Part shown: positions 1 through 13,165 of the stretch, one piece after another
Position numbering within the stretch: the stretch's first letter is position 1
How the letters are laid out: every line of letters begins with the position of its first letter
From: Chiloscyllium plagiosum
Lineage: Eukaryota
Length of the DNA: 64,000 nt
Assembly: GCF_004010195.1 (NCBI RefSeq)
Contig: NC_057717.1
Span: 102,588,572 to 102,652,571, forward strand
Direction of reading: 5' to 3'
Position numbers and translations under genes: made by a program
Notes under the pieces: generated by a model
Database searches by the model: none
What the model saw: only the letters and a program-made list of their open reading frames with translations
Told to the model about the DNA's origin: nothing

Positions 1-596
1 AAGTTTTCCTTCATTGAACGGGGTATTGAGTACAAGAGTTGGTAAATAATGATGCAGTTGTATAAGACTTTGGTGCGGCCGCATCTGGAATATTGTGTGC
101 AGTTTTGGTCGCCATACTATAGGAAGGATGTGGAGGCACTGGAACGGGTGCAGAGGAGGTTTACCAGGATGTTGCCTGGTATGGAAGGAAGATCGTATGA
201 GGATAGACTTAGACACTTGGGGCTGTTTTCATTAGAGAAAAGACGGTTTAGGGGTGACTTGATTGAGGTGTACAAGATGATTAGGGGGTTAGATAGGGTT
301 GACAGTGTGAACCTTTTCCCGCGTATGGAGTCGGGTATTACAAGGGTGCATAGCTTTAAATTAAGGGGGGGTAGATATAGGACTGAAGTTAGGGGTAGGT
401 TCTTCACTCAGCGAGTCGTAAGTTCATGGAATGCCCTGCCAGCAGCAGTGGTGGACTCTCCCTCTTTATGGGCATTTAAGCGGGCATTGGATAGGTATAT
501 GGAGGATAGTGGGTTAGTATAGGTTAGGTGGGCTTGGATCGGCGCAACATCGAGGGCCAAAGGGCCTGTACTGCGCTGTATTCTTCTATGTTCTAT
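1..596 (+). mobile_element. CR1-clade LINE (HER1-like) 3' end, young copy with open ORF2 C-terminus
   Basis: ORF 49-522 reads LYKTLVRPHLEYCVQFWSP...LERVQRRFTRM...RGDLIEVYK...FFTQRVV..WNALP (CR1 ORF2 C-terminus), followed by a 3' UTR and TTCTA-type tail. Confidence 0.92.
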
Positions 597-867
597 TCCA
601 CACTCGCTTACCTTCTCGCTGTGTTTCACTTGAAACCCCAACTGCAAAATGCCTGACCATTTGACAGAAGCGGTCCACGCTAGTCCGTATGCTCCATTCA
701 AGCCACACATCCCCTTCTGTACGCATACCCTCAGCCTCTGCCAGTTCGGAGACTAAACCTGCATTTGTGTGGCGCTGTTGTGGCACTGCCAAGCACTTTA
801 CAGTTGCGCAAATTAAAACAAAGGACTGCAGACGTTGGAAGTCTGAAACAAAAGCAGAAGCTACAGG

Positions 868-1368
868 AGCTATGTAGTGAAACTTGAAAGGGTTCAGAAA
901 AGATTGATAGGGATGGAGGGTTTGAGCTACAGGGAGAGGCTGAACAGGCTGGGGCTGTTTTACCCGGAGCGTCTGACGCTGAAGGAGTGACCTTATAGAG
1001 GTTTATAAAATTATGAGAGGCATGAATAGGATAAGTAGACAAGGTCTTTTCCCTGGGGTCAGGGAGTCCAGAACTAGAGGGCATAGGTTTAGGGTGAGAT
1101 GGGAAAGATAAAAAAGGGACTTAAGGGGCAACTTTTTCACACAGAGGGTGGTACGTGTATGGAATGAGCTGCCAGAGGAAGTGGTGGAGGCTGGTACAAT
1201 TACAACATTTAAAAGGCATCTGGATGGGTATATGAATAGGAAGGGTTTAGAGGGATATGGGCCAAGTGCTGGCAAAATGGGACTATGTCAATTTAGGATA
1301 TCTGGTCAGCATGGAAGAGTTGAACCAAAATAATTTGTTTCTGTGCTGGACATCTCTATGATTCTATT
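868..1368 (+). mobile_element. CR1/HER1 LINE 3' fragment
   Basis: VRVWNELPEEVVEAGTITTFKRHLDGYM; ends ctctatgattcta. Confidence 0.9.
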
Positions 1369-1794
1369 TAGAACATTGGGCATTTAAGGAGGACGTGTTT
1401 TTCCAGTCAAGAAATTAAACTAGTAAAGGGAAGATGAAATTAATGAAACACTCTGCCTTTTATGTAACAAGTTAGACTCTGCTGCTAAAGGCTGCTGGTT
1501 TTTTTTTTACTCTTTTTGCAAGCAATCACATTTTTCGTGGATTGTTGCAGCTTGTTTTATGTGAAGTTAATGGCTTTTTCTGAAACTGTCATTCCAACAC
1601 ATACTCCTGCCACCCTCCCCTCGAAAACCTTTGCCTTCTCTACACTATGTAGCTCTTTCCTTTTCCAATAAGGTCTGTCTGCCTGTCAGCCTGGGAGTCC
1701 CGGTGGTCATAAGCACCTTTGTATTTCGCTAGGTTTCCCTGTTTCCTTCCTGAGATGAATGGGAAATGTTTACCCAGCTGGGCACCATTCAAAC

Positions 1795-1920
1795 TATGTA
1801 AAAACAATGACTGCAGATGCTGGAAATCAGATTCTGGATTAGTGGTGCTGGAAAAGCACAGCAGTTCAGGCAGCATCCAAGGAGCAGGAAAATCAACGTT
1901 TCGGGCAAAAGCCCTTCATC
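1795..1920 (-). mobile_element. Penelope-like pLTR fragment (family A) ending in a hammerhead core
   Basis: gactgcagatgctgg...ggaaaagcacagc...cgtttcgggcaaaagcccttcatc, same sequence as the arms of the element at 7538-8526. Flanked by cattcaaac / cattcgaac. Confidence 0.75.
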
Positions 1921-2020
1921 ATTCGAACAACCACTGGCGAACTCGAAACTGAGTAAAATCTTTGAATAGGAAGAAAAAGCCCCTTTTCTGTCTGACTTGC
2001 GGGAAAATATCAATAATTTG

Positions 2021-2668
2021 GGGGCAGCATGGTGATCAGCACAGCTGCCTCACAGCACCAGGGTTCGATTCCAGCCTTGGGTGACTGTGGAGTTTGTATG
2101 TTCTCCCTGTATCTGTGTGAGTTTCCTCTAGGTGCTCCAGTTTTCTGATTAGATTCCCTACAGTGTGGAAACAGGCCCTTCGGCCCAGCAAGTCCACACC
2201 GACCCTCTGAAGAGTAACCCACCCAGACCCATTCCCCTACCTTATATTTACCCCTGACTAATGCACCTAACACTACGAGCAATTTAGCGCAGCCAATTCA
2301 CCTGACCTGCACATCTTTGGACTGTGGGAGGAAACCAGAGCATCCAGAGGAAACCCACACAGACACGGGGACAATGTGCAAACTCCACACAGTCACCCGA
2401 GGCTGGAATCGAACCCACGTCCCTGGTGCTGTGAGGCAGTAGTACTAACCATGAGCCACCACGCCACCCCTCTCGTAGTAAAGATTTGCAGGTCAGGTGA
2501 ATTGGCCAGACTAAGTTGCCTGTAGTGTTCAGGGATGTGTAGGTCAGGTGCATTAGTCAGGGGTAAATATAGGGTTGGGGAATGGACCTGGATGGGTTAC
2601 TCTTCGGAGGGTTAGTATGGACTTGTTGGGCTGAAGGGCCTGTTTCTACACTGTAGGAATTCTATGAA
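2021..2668. mobile_element. HE1-like SINE (+) interrupted by a second full HE1-like SINE (-, about 2147-2468)
   Basis: tRNA-like head at 2021 resumes at about 2480 after an antisense copy. Confidence 0.8.
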
Positions 2669-3358
2669 TTATTATACAGTTGCCCGTGTGAAATGGCAAA
2701 GTGCAGAAGAAGGCCACTTGTCCCTTTGTAGTTTAACCATTGGGTCCCACTCCCCTGCTCTTTACATACAGTACAGTCCTGTATTTTACTTCCTTTTTCA
2801 ATTATTTATCTAATTTCCTTCCCAAAATGTTTTTTTTCAAATTGAATCCACTCACACACCAACCTTCAGGCATTCTAGATCACAATAATTCACTGTGTTA
2901 AAACACACAATGTTTCTTCTCCTGGGGTTTTTAATGAGTATTTGCATCTGTGTCCTCTGCTTAATACTAACCCTCTTGCCAATGGAGACAATTTCTCTAT
3001 CTACTTGACTCCATCCTGCTAACTCTCAGAGGTTTGAACGGGCTCACTAAACCTGCCCTGGTATCTCCCAATTCCCGCGACGGTAAAAACACTTCCCCCA
3101 GCCTTTTGAAATAGCAAATGCTCCTCTGGTATTTTTTCCGCCTCTCTATTTCTGTTCGACAAATGTTCCTGTTCTGCCTTGTGTGAGGCAGAGGCAAAGG
3201 AAGATCGTTCCCAGATTCGAACTCCAGGATGGGCCAAATTAAATCATTTCAGCTGCATTAGGCTATAGGGAGGAGAGAGAGTCATGACTGTTCTGCATCT
3301 ACATGTTGTCTGGGGGTAAACCCAATTATGATATCCTTCAGAATGTAAGAGCTTGCCA

Positions 3359-3955
3359 ATGAACATAGAACATAGAACAGCACAGCACAGGAACAGGCCC
3401 TTTGACCTACAATGTTGCACTGAACATGACGCCAAATTAAATTAATCCCTTCTGTCTGCCCTTGCTCCATATCCCTCCAATCCTTGCATATTCATGTGCT
3501 TATCTAAAAGTTCCTTAAACACCCTTATTGCCTCCATCACCAACTCTGGCAGCATGTTCTACACTTCGACTGCTCTGTGTATAAAACATGCCCCTCGCAT
3601 CTCCTTTGAACTATCCCCCCTCACCTCAAATGCATGCCCCTCCTAGTATTAAGCATTTCAACTCTGGGAAAAAGATTCTGATCGTCAACCTTATCAATGC
3701 ATCTCATAGTTTTATAGATTTCTCCCCTCAGCCTCTGCCGCTCCAAGGAAAACAAGCTGAGTTTTTCTAGCATCTCCTTATAACTCATACCCTCTAATCC
3801 AAGCAGCATCCTGGTAAACCTCTTCTCCAAAGCCTCTCCAAAGCCTCCACATCCTTCCTGTAATGTGGAGACCAGAGTTAAACATAATATTGTAAGTGTG
3901 GCCTAACAAAGGCTTATAAAGCTGCAACATGACATCCTAACTGTTGTACTCAATT
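3359..3955 (-). mobile_element. CR1 LINE 3' fragment
   Basis: KRFTRMLLGLEGMSYKEMLEKLSLFSLE; (gaacata)n tail at 3361. Confidence 0.85.
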
Positions 3956-5464
3956 CCCCGACAAATGCTTTAATGGCTGCTCTTGTGCTAGAAAACTGAC
4001 GACTTGAGGAGAGCAGAGGTTCCAATGTTCCACAAGTACCTTGTGAGACCATTACCTGTTGCATAAACAGTTAAATCAAATCAAGGCTGTTGCTCGCCGT
4101 GTTGTATAATGGTCCCTGTGGAGAAAAATATTTCTGTTATTTGTTCACGGTATCATTGTTTAGGGCAACATTTATTGTACATCCTTATTTGCCCAGAGAG
4201 CATCTGAAAAACAACCACATTGCTTTGGGCCAAGGAGTTATATGTAGGCCTGACCAAGTAAAGATGGCAGATTTCTCTCCTGAAAGGATAGGTGGGTGTT
4301 TGTGACAATTGGTGGTGGTTATGTGGTCATCATTAGGTTAGCTTTAAATAGAGTCAGAGAGCGGTACAGCATGGAAACAGACCCTGCAAACCAACTCATC
4401 CATGCCAAATAGATATCCTAAATTAATTTAGTCCCGTTTGCCAGCATTTGGCCTATATCCCTCTCTATACCCATCCAGATGACTTTTAAATATTGTCATT
4501 GTACCAGCCTCCACCACGTCCTCTGGCAGCTCATTCCATACACACAATCATAGTTCAAACCATCCAACCCTGGCAACATCCTTGTAAATCATTTCTGAAT
4601 CCTTTGAAGTTTCACAACATCTTTCTGAGAGGAGGGAGGAAAGTTCCAGATATTTTGTTGAATTCTGCTGTGGTAGAACATTGAGCCTTGATCATCTGGT
4701 CTGGAGACATTGCCACTAAGTCAGTGTCTTTCCCAGGTAGATTTGCTGCTTTTCTTCTTTCTCCTTTTAAGTTGGGGTTTAAAGGACCTGACTGGTCTGG
4801 TTTTCCAGAGGTAAACCATTTGGTGGTCTTATGAAAAGTGTCTATTTCATTTAAAAAAGGTGCAATTTGTTAAATGCAGCGATTAGGTCCAAGTTACTTG
4901 GTTACGGTACACATTGTTACTAAGACTCTGGCGGGCTCTCAGAGATCTCCTTTGAGATCCAAAGCTGTTCTTCCACCTGGATCAATGTAACATCGTCCAA
5001 CTGGGTGGGGCACTCCTCAGTATTAACCCTTTCAGACCCCAACACTTTTAAGCAACTCAACCCAGCAAAGTAACAATAACTTCCATCCGTGCAATTCCAA
5101 CAGATGTGCACAATTCCAATTATTTAGCAACGAAGGATCTGTGCTAAGTCACAATCTTGGGGATGAATGACCTCTCCAGCATAGTCAGGCAATGCTATGA
5201 AATTTCTGTCTCTGTGTTTCGAGAAATCCTTCACTGCTTTTCAATGGCGTTGTGAATTCCTGAGGATGCAACGAGATGACATCTGTGCACATTGCTCTTT
5301 GTTATTTTGCACTATTCTGTATTTCTTCAGAATCTGTGCAATGTTTGTGCCTCAGGGAGAAAGGGAGATTCACTGGAATAGTTTCAGAACAAATTAGTAG
5401 GAAGAGATTGTTGAGCCCACTCCACCCAACTTGGTAAAATCAAAACTAATCATGTTCCAGACCT

Positions 5465-6138
5465 TGGGATACAGGTTCATAGTTCCTTGAAAGTGGAGTC
5501 ACAGGTAGACAGGATGGTGAAGATGTTTGGTATGCTTGCCTTTATTGGTGAGATAAGAGTTGGGAGGTCATGTTATTGCTGTACATGTTATTGGTTTGGC
5601 CACTTTTAGAATGCTGCATTCAATTCTGGTCTCCCTGCTATAAGAAAGATGTTGTGAAACTTGAAAGGGTTCAGAAAAGATCTACAAGGGTGTTGCCAGG
5701 GTTGGAGGGTTTGAGCTAAGGGGAAAGACTGAATAGGCTGAGGCTATTTGGAGACTGAGGGGTGACCTTATAGAAATTTATAAAATCATGAGGAGAATGA
5801 ATAGGGTAAATGGACAAGGTCTTTTCCCCAGGATGAGGGAGTCCAAAACTGGAGGGAGTGGGTTTCAATTGAGAAGAGAAGATTTAAAAGGAACCCAAGG
5901 GGCAACGTTTTCACACAGAGGGTGGTACATGTATAGAATGAGCTGCCAGAGGAAGTGATGGAGGCTGTTACAATTACAGCATTTCAAAGGCATCTGGATG
6001 GGTATATGAATAGAAAGGTTTGAGAGGGATATGGGCCGGGTGCTGGCAGATCGGACTAGATGAATGCCGGATATCTGGTCGGCATGGATGAGTTGGATTG
6101 AAGGGTCTATTTCCGTGTTGTACATCTCTATGACTCTA
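5465..6138 (+). mobile_element. CR1/HER1 LINE 3' fragment, degenerate
   Basis: gtgaaacttgaaagggttcagaaaaga...gaatgagctgccagaggaagtg...ctctatgactcta. Confidence 0.88.
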
Positions 6139-7182
6139 ACATAGCAAATTGTCCCTTTTAATAAAATCACAGAGCACTCGGAATGCCCAGTAATGTCAGT
6201 GGAGAAGGAAACCGAGCAAACCTTCCAAAAGCTTTCCCTGGGAATCATTCCATCCTCTATCACCTCTTGTGGTAAATGTTTCTCCTGAGTTCCTAACTTA
6301 CTGTAAAGTAATTATTCACCAACTTTCATTCTCTTTGTAATCTCGCAAACTTCAGATGTCTTCCCTCTTCCAGAGAAATCAGGCCAAAGTTTGAAGGAAT
6401 TGTCTTGAGTTTCAGGACAATGATAATTCTCGCCATTTAGAGACGGGCAGATTGGCACAGCCGTAGCTCCAGTCTCCTGATGGGGAGCTATGTTACAGAG
6501 CTTGGTGCCTGTACATTATTGCATCACTGCTCACACAAAAGGCTCATTAACTTTGGCGTTCCCATCACTAAGGGCTGAGCTTTCTCAATCACACAGGGGA
6601 CGCAGGCATTTATCATCTGTCGCTAGTCGCCCCTGGACAAGATGTGGGTGAGCTGCCTTTCTGAAATCCACGTGGACTCACAATGCCATTAGGGGGAGGA
6701 GTTCCAGGAATTTTAGAATCTTGGCCTGGATTACCGGCAGAAGACTGAGGAGTGAAACACGAAAATTTCGGACTGAGGGGTATGACCTGTTGAGATACCA
6801 TTGCATTTCTGGCTACATTTTTAAAAGAAAACTATAAATGGCAACATTTTATACTGGAGGATCTTTTTTAAAAATGGGTTTTAATTAAGTGGGAGTTTCC
6901 TGTTGGCTAATTACTTACACTTAAAAGCTGAAGAACCTCAGATTTCTAAATATGTTATATCTGGAAAATGGAAAGTAATGGCTGGTAGCGGTTGGAATTC
7001 AATTGAAGTTTACTTTTGCTGAACACTCCCTCTGGTCTGAGGTCTAACCCCTCCAAATTGTCTTCTGATGTCCTACTCAGATCAGAACTTCAGCATGCCA
7101 TCTGGTTTTGTTTCAAATCAGCTTCTGATCAAGAATGATAAAGAATGATTTGGGTGTTGGCTAGATTTGATAAAAGGGCAAT

Positions 7183-7490
7183 CATAGAATCATACAGCAT
7201 GGAAACACAGCCTTCGGTCCAACTTTTCCACACGGACCGTAATCCCAAACTAATCTAGTCCCACCTGCCTGTTCCTGGCCCATATTCCTCCAAACCTTTC
7301 CTATTCATGAACTTCTCCAAATGTTTTTTTCAAATGTTGTAACTGCACCCACATCCACCACTTTCTCTGCCAGTTCGTTTCACACATTAATCACTCTGTG
7401 TAAAAAACATTGCCCTTCATGTCCTCTTTAAATCATTCGCCTCTCACCTTAAAGATATGCCCCCTAGTTTTAAATTTCCCTGCCCCAGGG
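7183..7490 (-). mobile_element. CR1 LINE 3' fragment
   Basis: Reverse-complement HER1-type 3' UTR and tail (atcatagaatcata). Confidence 0.8.
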
Positions 7491-7537
7491 TCGTTCAGTC
7501 AGTTACGGTACCCTGCGCTGCACAAGTCTCTTGAGAA

Positions 7538-8526
7538 AGTGAGGACTGCAGGTGCTGGAGATCAGAGTTGAGAGTGTGTTGCTGGAAAAGCACGGCAGGT
7601 CAGTCAGCATCCGAGGAGCAGGAGAATCGACGTTTTGGGCATAAACCCTTCACCAGGAATGAGGCTTGTGGGCCAGAGCTGAGAGATAAGTGGGAAGGGG
7701 GGTGGGTTTGGGGGAAGGTAGCTGAATGGAAGTGGATGAAAGTGAGGGAGAAGGTGATAGGTCAGAGGGGGGAGTGATGGACAGGTCTGGAGGGCGGTGC
7801 TGAGTTGGAGGCTTGATACTGGGATAATGTGGGGGGAGGGGAAATGAGGAGGCTGTGGAAATCCACATTTATCCTGTGTGCTTGCAGGGTCCCAAGGCGG
7901 AATATGTGGCGTTCCTCCTGCAGAGGTACTGTCAGAAATTTACCTGTACCTCTACCAATGTCACCTAATGTATCCGTTGCACCCGATGTGGTCTTCTCGA
8001 CATCGGGGAGACAGGACGTCTTCTTGCGGATCATTGCAGAGAACATCTCTGGGACACCCGCAACCACCAACCCCACTGCCTCGTGGCTGAACACTTCTAC
8101 TCCCCCTCCCACTCCATCAAGGACACGCAGGTCCTGGGCTTCCTCCCAAGTCATTACCACCCGACACCTGGAGAAAGAATGCTTCATATTCTGTCTTGGG
8201 ACCCCGCAAGCACACAGGATAAATGTGGATTTCCACAGCCTCCTCATTTCCCCTCCCCCCACATTATCCCAGTCTCAAGCCTCCAACTCAGCACCGTCCT
8301 CTGGACCCGTCCATCACTCCCCCCTCTGACTTATCATCTTCTCCCTCACCTTCATCCACCTATTGCTTTCTCAGCTACCTGCTCCCAACCCCACCCCCTC
8401 CCATTTATCTCTCAGCCCCAGCCCACAAGCCTCATTCCTGATGAAGAGCTTATGCCCAAAATGTCGATTCTCCTGCTCCTCAGATGCTGCCTGACCTGCT
8501 GTGCTTTCCCAGCAACACATTCTCGA
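7538..8526 (+). mobile_element. Penelope-like retroelement remnant: GIY-YIG endonuclease fragment between long inverted pseudo-LTR arms, with target-site duplication
   Basis: Core translates FTCTSTNVT*CIRCTRCGLLDIGETGR...REH...VAEHF..PSHS (GIY-YIG type). Arms about 7568-7927 and 8167-8526 are inverted. Direct repeat CACAAGTCTCTTGAGAA at 7521 and 8527. Confidence 0.88.
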
Positions 8527-8581
8527 CACAAGTCTCTTGAGAATCCATTTCACCTTTCCATTTGGCTTACTAGCTCTTGGA

Positions 8582-8890
8582 AGGTACGGTGGCTCAGTGG
8601 TTAGCACTGCTACCTCACAGCACCAGGGACCCAGGTTCAATTCTGGCCTTGGGCGACTGTCTGTGTGGAGCTTGCACATTGTCTGCATGGGTGTACTCTG
8701 CTTTCCTCCTACAGTCCAAAGATATGCAGGTTAGGTGGATTGGCTGTGCTAAATTGCCCTGTACAGTCCATAGGTGTGCAGGTTGGGTGAATTAGCCATG
8801 GGAAATGTTTAATTACTGGGATAAAGTGGGGTTGTCTTCAGAGGGTCAGTGTAGACTCAATGAATTAAGTGGCTTCTCTGTCGGGATTCT
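8582..8890 (+). mobile_element. HE1-like SINE
   Basis: ggtggctcagtggttagcactgct...ggttcaattc (A/B boxes) followed by the family body. Confidence 0.85.
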
Positions 8891-9279
8891 AACTTGACAT
8901 CACCTTCTGGTTTTGCCACATGAGGTTGACCATCCTGGCTCCATGCTCCCACCCAGTATGCCCTTTGACATGTGAAAGCTCCATCCTGCCCCAGCTGCAA
9001 AGCAACCAGACTAAATTATTTGGATGACCCTCATGAGTCAAGCTGTCTTTTATTTTGTTAAACCCATTATCACCACAAAAACTTCCACTGAAGCAATGAA
9101 TCACTCCAGACTCTTCACAGGATGAAACAATATTTGCCAATGAGCCACGTGAGGAGACAAGAGGTCAGATGGTGAAATGGTTCAGTCAAAGAGTTCCATT
9201 CTCCAAAGTGCCCTAAAGGAGGACATTTAAGTGGAGAGGGTTTGGAGGAGGAATTTCCAGAATTAGGCTCCAGGCAACT

Positions 9280-9483
9280 GTGTAAAAGTAAGGAGTGCGG
9301 ATGCTGGAGATTCAAGTCGAGAGTGTGGTGCTGGAAAAACACAGCAGGTCAGGCAGCATCCGAGGAGCAGGAGAGTTGACTGATGAAACTTCCTGTTGAA
9401 GGGCTTTTTTCCCGAAACATTGACGCTCCTGGTCCTCGGACACTGCCTGACCTGCTGTGCTTTTCCAGCGCCACACTCTCGAT
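9280..9483. mobile_element. Palindromic Penelope-derived mini-element (family A)
   Basis: Two inverted pLTR ends; 11-bp direct repeat TCCAGGCAACT at 9269 and 9484. Confidence 0.8.
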
Positions 9484-10557
9484 TCCAGGCAACTACTGGC
9501 AAGGCCAGAAATGGTGGAATGAAACTGGACACACACACAAGGCTCAGAGATCTTAGAAGGTGGATAGGAAACAGCAATTCCCCTTAACTGAACAGGAGGA
9601 GGCCATTCAGCCCCTTGAGCATGCTCTGCCTTTCAATACCATCATGGCTGATCTCATCACTTTTCTGCCCGCTCCCTATAACTCTTCAGCCCATTACCAA
9701 CTGAAAATCTCCTCCTTATATTGACCCAACGTCCCAGCCCTCTGGAATAATAGACTCCACAGATTGACAACTCTTCAAGAGAACTCACCTCCCCTCGTCT
9801 CTGTTGAAAGCAGACTTAGTTGATGAGTCAGTAAAGAGATGGGTGGGGGACATCATTTTAAGGTGAAAAGGTAAGAGGCTTAGGGAGGATTGAAGACTCT
9901 CCACCCAGAATATGGTGGGAATCGGGAATGGACTGCCTGGGAGGACAGGAAAGCTTATAAAGTAAGGCGATGAGTACTTGAAATGTCACAACATTCAAGG
10001 CTATTGGCCAAGTGCTGGAAAGTGGGATGGGTTGGTACAGACTCAACGGGCTGAAGGTCCTCTTCCATGCCTGTGTTGCAACATATATCTCTGTGAACGG
10101 ACCTTTACTTGCGGTCTGTATGACCCCTGTTCTTGCACTGGCTCCAGGTACAGCAACACTGCCTTTAAAACCCTTGCCTTTGTTTCCATATCCCTCCAGG
10201 CCTTGCATCTTCATTATCTATACAATCTCCTTCGGCCCCTGAATCCTTTGAGTTTGCTGTGCTCCTGTGATCCTGATGTTTTTGTGCCAAATTCTGGACT
10301 TGTACACATCTTTCGTTTCAATCGTTCCAACATTTTCAACTGGCTGGACTCCAGACTCTGAAATTTGCTGTTTACACCTCTCTTGTCTCTATCCATTTCT
10401 CCTTCCCTCACACATTCCTTAGAATCTAAGTATTTTGACTCAGCTTTCTGGCCCAACACTTGTCCTAACATCTTCACTATGTTGTTCAGTGTCAGATTTA
10501 TTGGATAAAAATAAGATAGACATTGCTTCACTCTCACATCAGGGAGAGATATGAATG

Positions 10558-10950
10558 TTGGAGGCTGAGGGATGGCCTTATAGAGGTTTATAAAGTCATG
10601 AGGGACATGGTTAGGGTGAATAGACAAAGTCTTTTCCTGGGGTGGGGGAGTCCAGAACTAGAGGGCATAGGTTTACGGTGAGAGGAGAAAGATATAAAAG
10701 GGACCGAAGGTGCAACTTTTTCACACAGAGGGTGATACGTGTATGGAATGAGCTGCCAGAGGAAGTGGTAGAGGCTGGTACAATTGCAACATTTAAAAGG
10801 CATCTGGGTGGGTATATGAATAGGAAGGATTTAGAGGGATATGGGTCAAGTGCTGGTAAATGGGACTAGATTAATTTAGGATATTTAGTCGGCATGGACG
10901 AGTTGGACCGAAGGGCCTGTTTTTCCCTGCTGTACATCTCTGTGACTCTG
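10558..10950 (+). mobile_element. CR1/HER1 LINE 3' fragment
   Basis: SRTRGHRFTVRG...FFTQRVIRVWNELPEEVVEAG. Confidence 0.9.
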
Positions 10951-11174
10951 TGGTGAGTTTAAACACATCTCAGGCAAGAGGAAAGAGTGGGAAGACGGAT
11001 TTTTCTGGTGACTTAGCCGGTGTAGGAACTGAACCCCACTGTTGACATCTCAACCCAGCCCTGCAAGCTAACCGGCTCCCACATTGGCTAACCCTCAGGA
11101 TGTCTCGTGATAAGGGTGCCATCAAAATGCATACAACGTCTACCAGTGGCAGTGAAGGTGTTTGATTGAAACAT

Positions 11175-11515
11175 GGGCGGCACGGTGGCACAGTGGTTAG
11201 CACTGCTGCCTCACAGCGCCAGAGACCCGGGTTCAATTCCCGCCTCAGGCGACTGTGTGGAGTTTGCACATTCTCCCCGTGTCTGCGTGGGTTTCCTCCG
11301 GGTGCTCCGGTTTCCTCCCACAGTCCAAAGATGTGCAGGTCAGGTGAATTGGCCATGCTAAATTGCCCATAGTGTTAGGTAAGGGGTAAAGGTAGGGGTA
11401 TGGGTGGGTTGCGCTTCGGCGGGGCAGTGTGGACTTGTTGGGCCGAAGGGCCTGTTTCCACACTGTAAGTAATCTAATCTAAGTAATCTAATCTAATCTA
11501 AGTAAGTAATCTAAT
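11175..11515 (+). mobile_element. HE1-like SINE, full-length and well preserved
   Basis: Intact tRNA-like head, CpGs retained, CR1-derived 3' end (ggccgaagggcctgtttccacactgta) and (taatc)n tail. Confidence 0.92.
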
Positions 11516-12764
11516 GAGATAGATGGAGTTTTGTTAAGCAGAGGTATTAAGAGATAGGAACAGTTTGGAGGGATATGGGCGCAGAGCAGGCAGGTGGGAC
11601 TAGTTTCGTTTACGATTTTGTTCTGCATGGACTGGTTGGATCGAAGAGTCCATTTCCATGTTGTATGACTCTATGTGGGCCCAAAGCAGCTATATGGAGT
11701 CAGGTCACAGTTCGGTCTGAGGGGCGGAACGGGCTCAACGGGCTGAATGGCCTACTCCTGTTCCTGTGTTCCGGTGCATGGGCATAAACTGTGCATTAAA
11801 TCAAATTGATGTAGAAGCATGGAGAGACTGGACAAAAGTAACATTAGTGGTCCATCAGTTCCGAGTTTGGAAAGTTATGTGTTCAAAGCAGCTGTGTGTG
11901 GGTGAGCTCTAGGCTAGCTAGTCAGTGAAAGAAAGGACTGCACTGTCAAAATGACTCTGTAGATTACGTAATCCTTCATAATTAATTGCAAGTGTGGCAG
12001 GGAGAACTGGTATGTGGAGGGTGTGGTTGCAGCAAGTTTGGTGTAAATTGGTAATTGGGGAATACTACACTCAGAATTATCCATTCAGTCTGATTTTAGT
12101 GTGAAACATTCTGTAATGGGAAATCATTATGAATGATTTGGGGGATAGGAATTTTATCCCTTGCGGTTGTGCATGTGTAGGATGAATCATTTTGTTAGCC
12201 AGAGAAGTCAAACTGCTGCAGTCAATGACCATCAATCAACAACAATAATTTAGATTCATATAGCAGCCTTGTTGCAGTGTAACATCCCCTCCCACTTCAC
12301 AGGAGCATTACCAAACAGCTAAGGGGATAGTGGGATATGGACCAAACACAGGCAAGTAGGACTGGTTTAGTTTGGGAAACTTATTTGACATGAACAAATT
12401 GGACTGCTTCTGTGCTTTATAACTCTATTAAAACAGATGACCAAAGACCTGGCTCCAAAGGATTACTTCAGATGAAGTTTAGAGTTCAAGGAAGGAATGC
12501 CAGAACTAAATGAAAGATGGGTTTAGAGACAATTTACAGGACGGAAGGAGGCTATTTGGCCAAAGGTACTCATTCAAGATTAAAATCAAGTTTAAAATCT
12601 ACCTAGGTTTAGAATTAGAATTAGCTTTAATGTCAAATGAGTACAGTGTAAAGTTTATATCTCGCCACTTACAGCACCATCAAAGGTCCTTAGGTACAGC
12701 TTCTTCAGATCTTAAAAAATAGAGAAATAAAAAGTCCAGCATTGCAGAAATAAAAGTTCAGAAG

Positions 12765-13165
12765 ACTGGTCTTTATCAACAGATTCGAGAACAGCTTCTT
12801 CCCTGCTGTTATCAGATTTATGAACGGACCTCCCATACAGTAGAGTTGGACACAGTCAGAAGTCACACGAAAAGCAGGTTATAAGCCAACAGGTTTATTT
12901 GAAATCACAAGCTTTCGGAGCCCTGCTGCTTCATCCCTTCACCTGGACTATAACCCGTGTCGTGTGACTTCTGACCTTGTCCAACCTAGTCCAACATTGG
13001 CACCTCCTCATCATATTAGCGTCAATCTTTCTGTGCACCTTCTATCTAGCTGCAACACTCTATTCTGTTCCATTACCCTGACGTACTTCTGTAAGGAATG
13101 CTATGGCTGGATAGCATACAATACTTTTCATTGTGGTTCGGTACATGTAACAGTAATTAAATCAA
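12765..13165 (+). mobile_element. Rex1/Babar-like LINE 3' end interrupted by a palindromic family-B element (about 12845-13005)
   Basis: aacagcttcttccctgctgttatcaga...aatcaaa tail is homologous to 47900-48130 (rc). The internal aggttata...aacaggtttatttgaaatcacaagctttcggag matches 34899-35105. Confidence 0.6.

Noticed and set aside
7762..8604. Paired 166-aa ORFs on opposite strands as duplicated genes
   Set aside because: They are the mirror product of the inverted Penelope arms.
11175..11250. tRNA genes at SINE heads (also at 43903 and 48930-49028)
   Set aside because: A/B boxes are present but run on into SINE bodies, and there is no complete cloverleaf.
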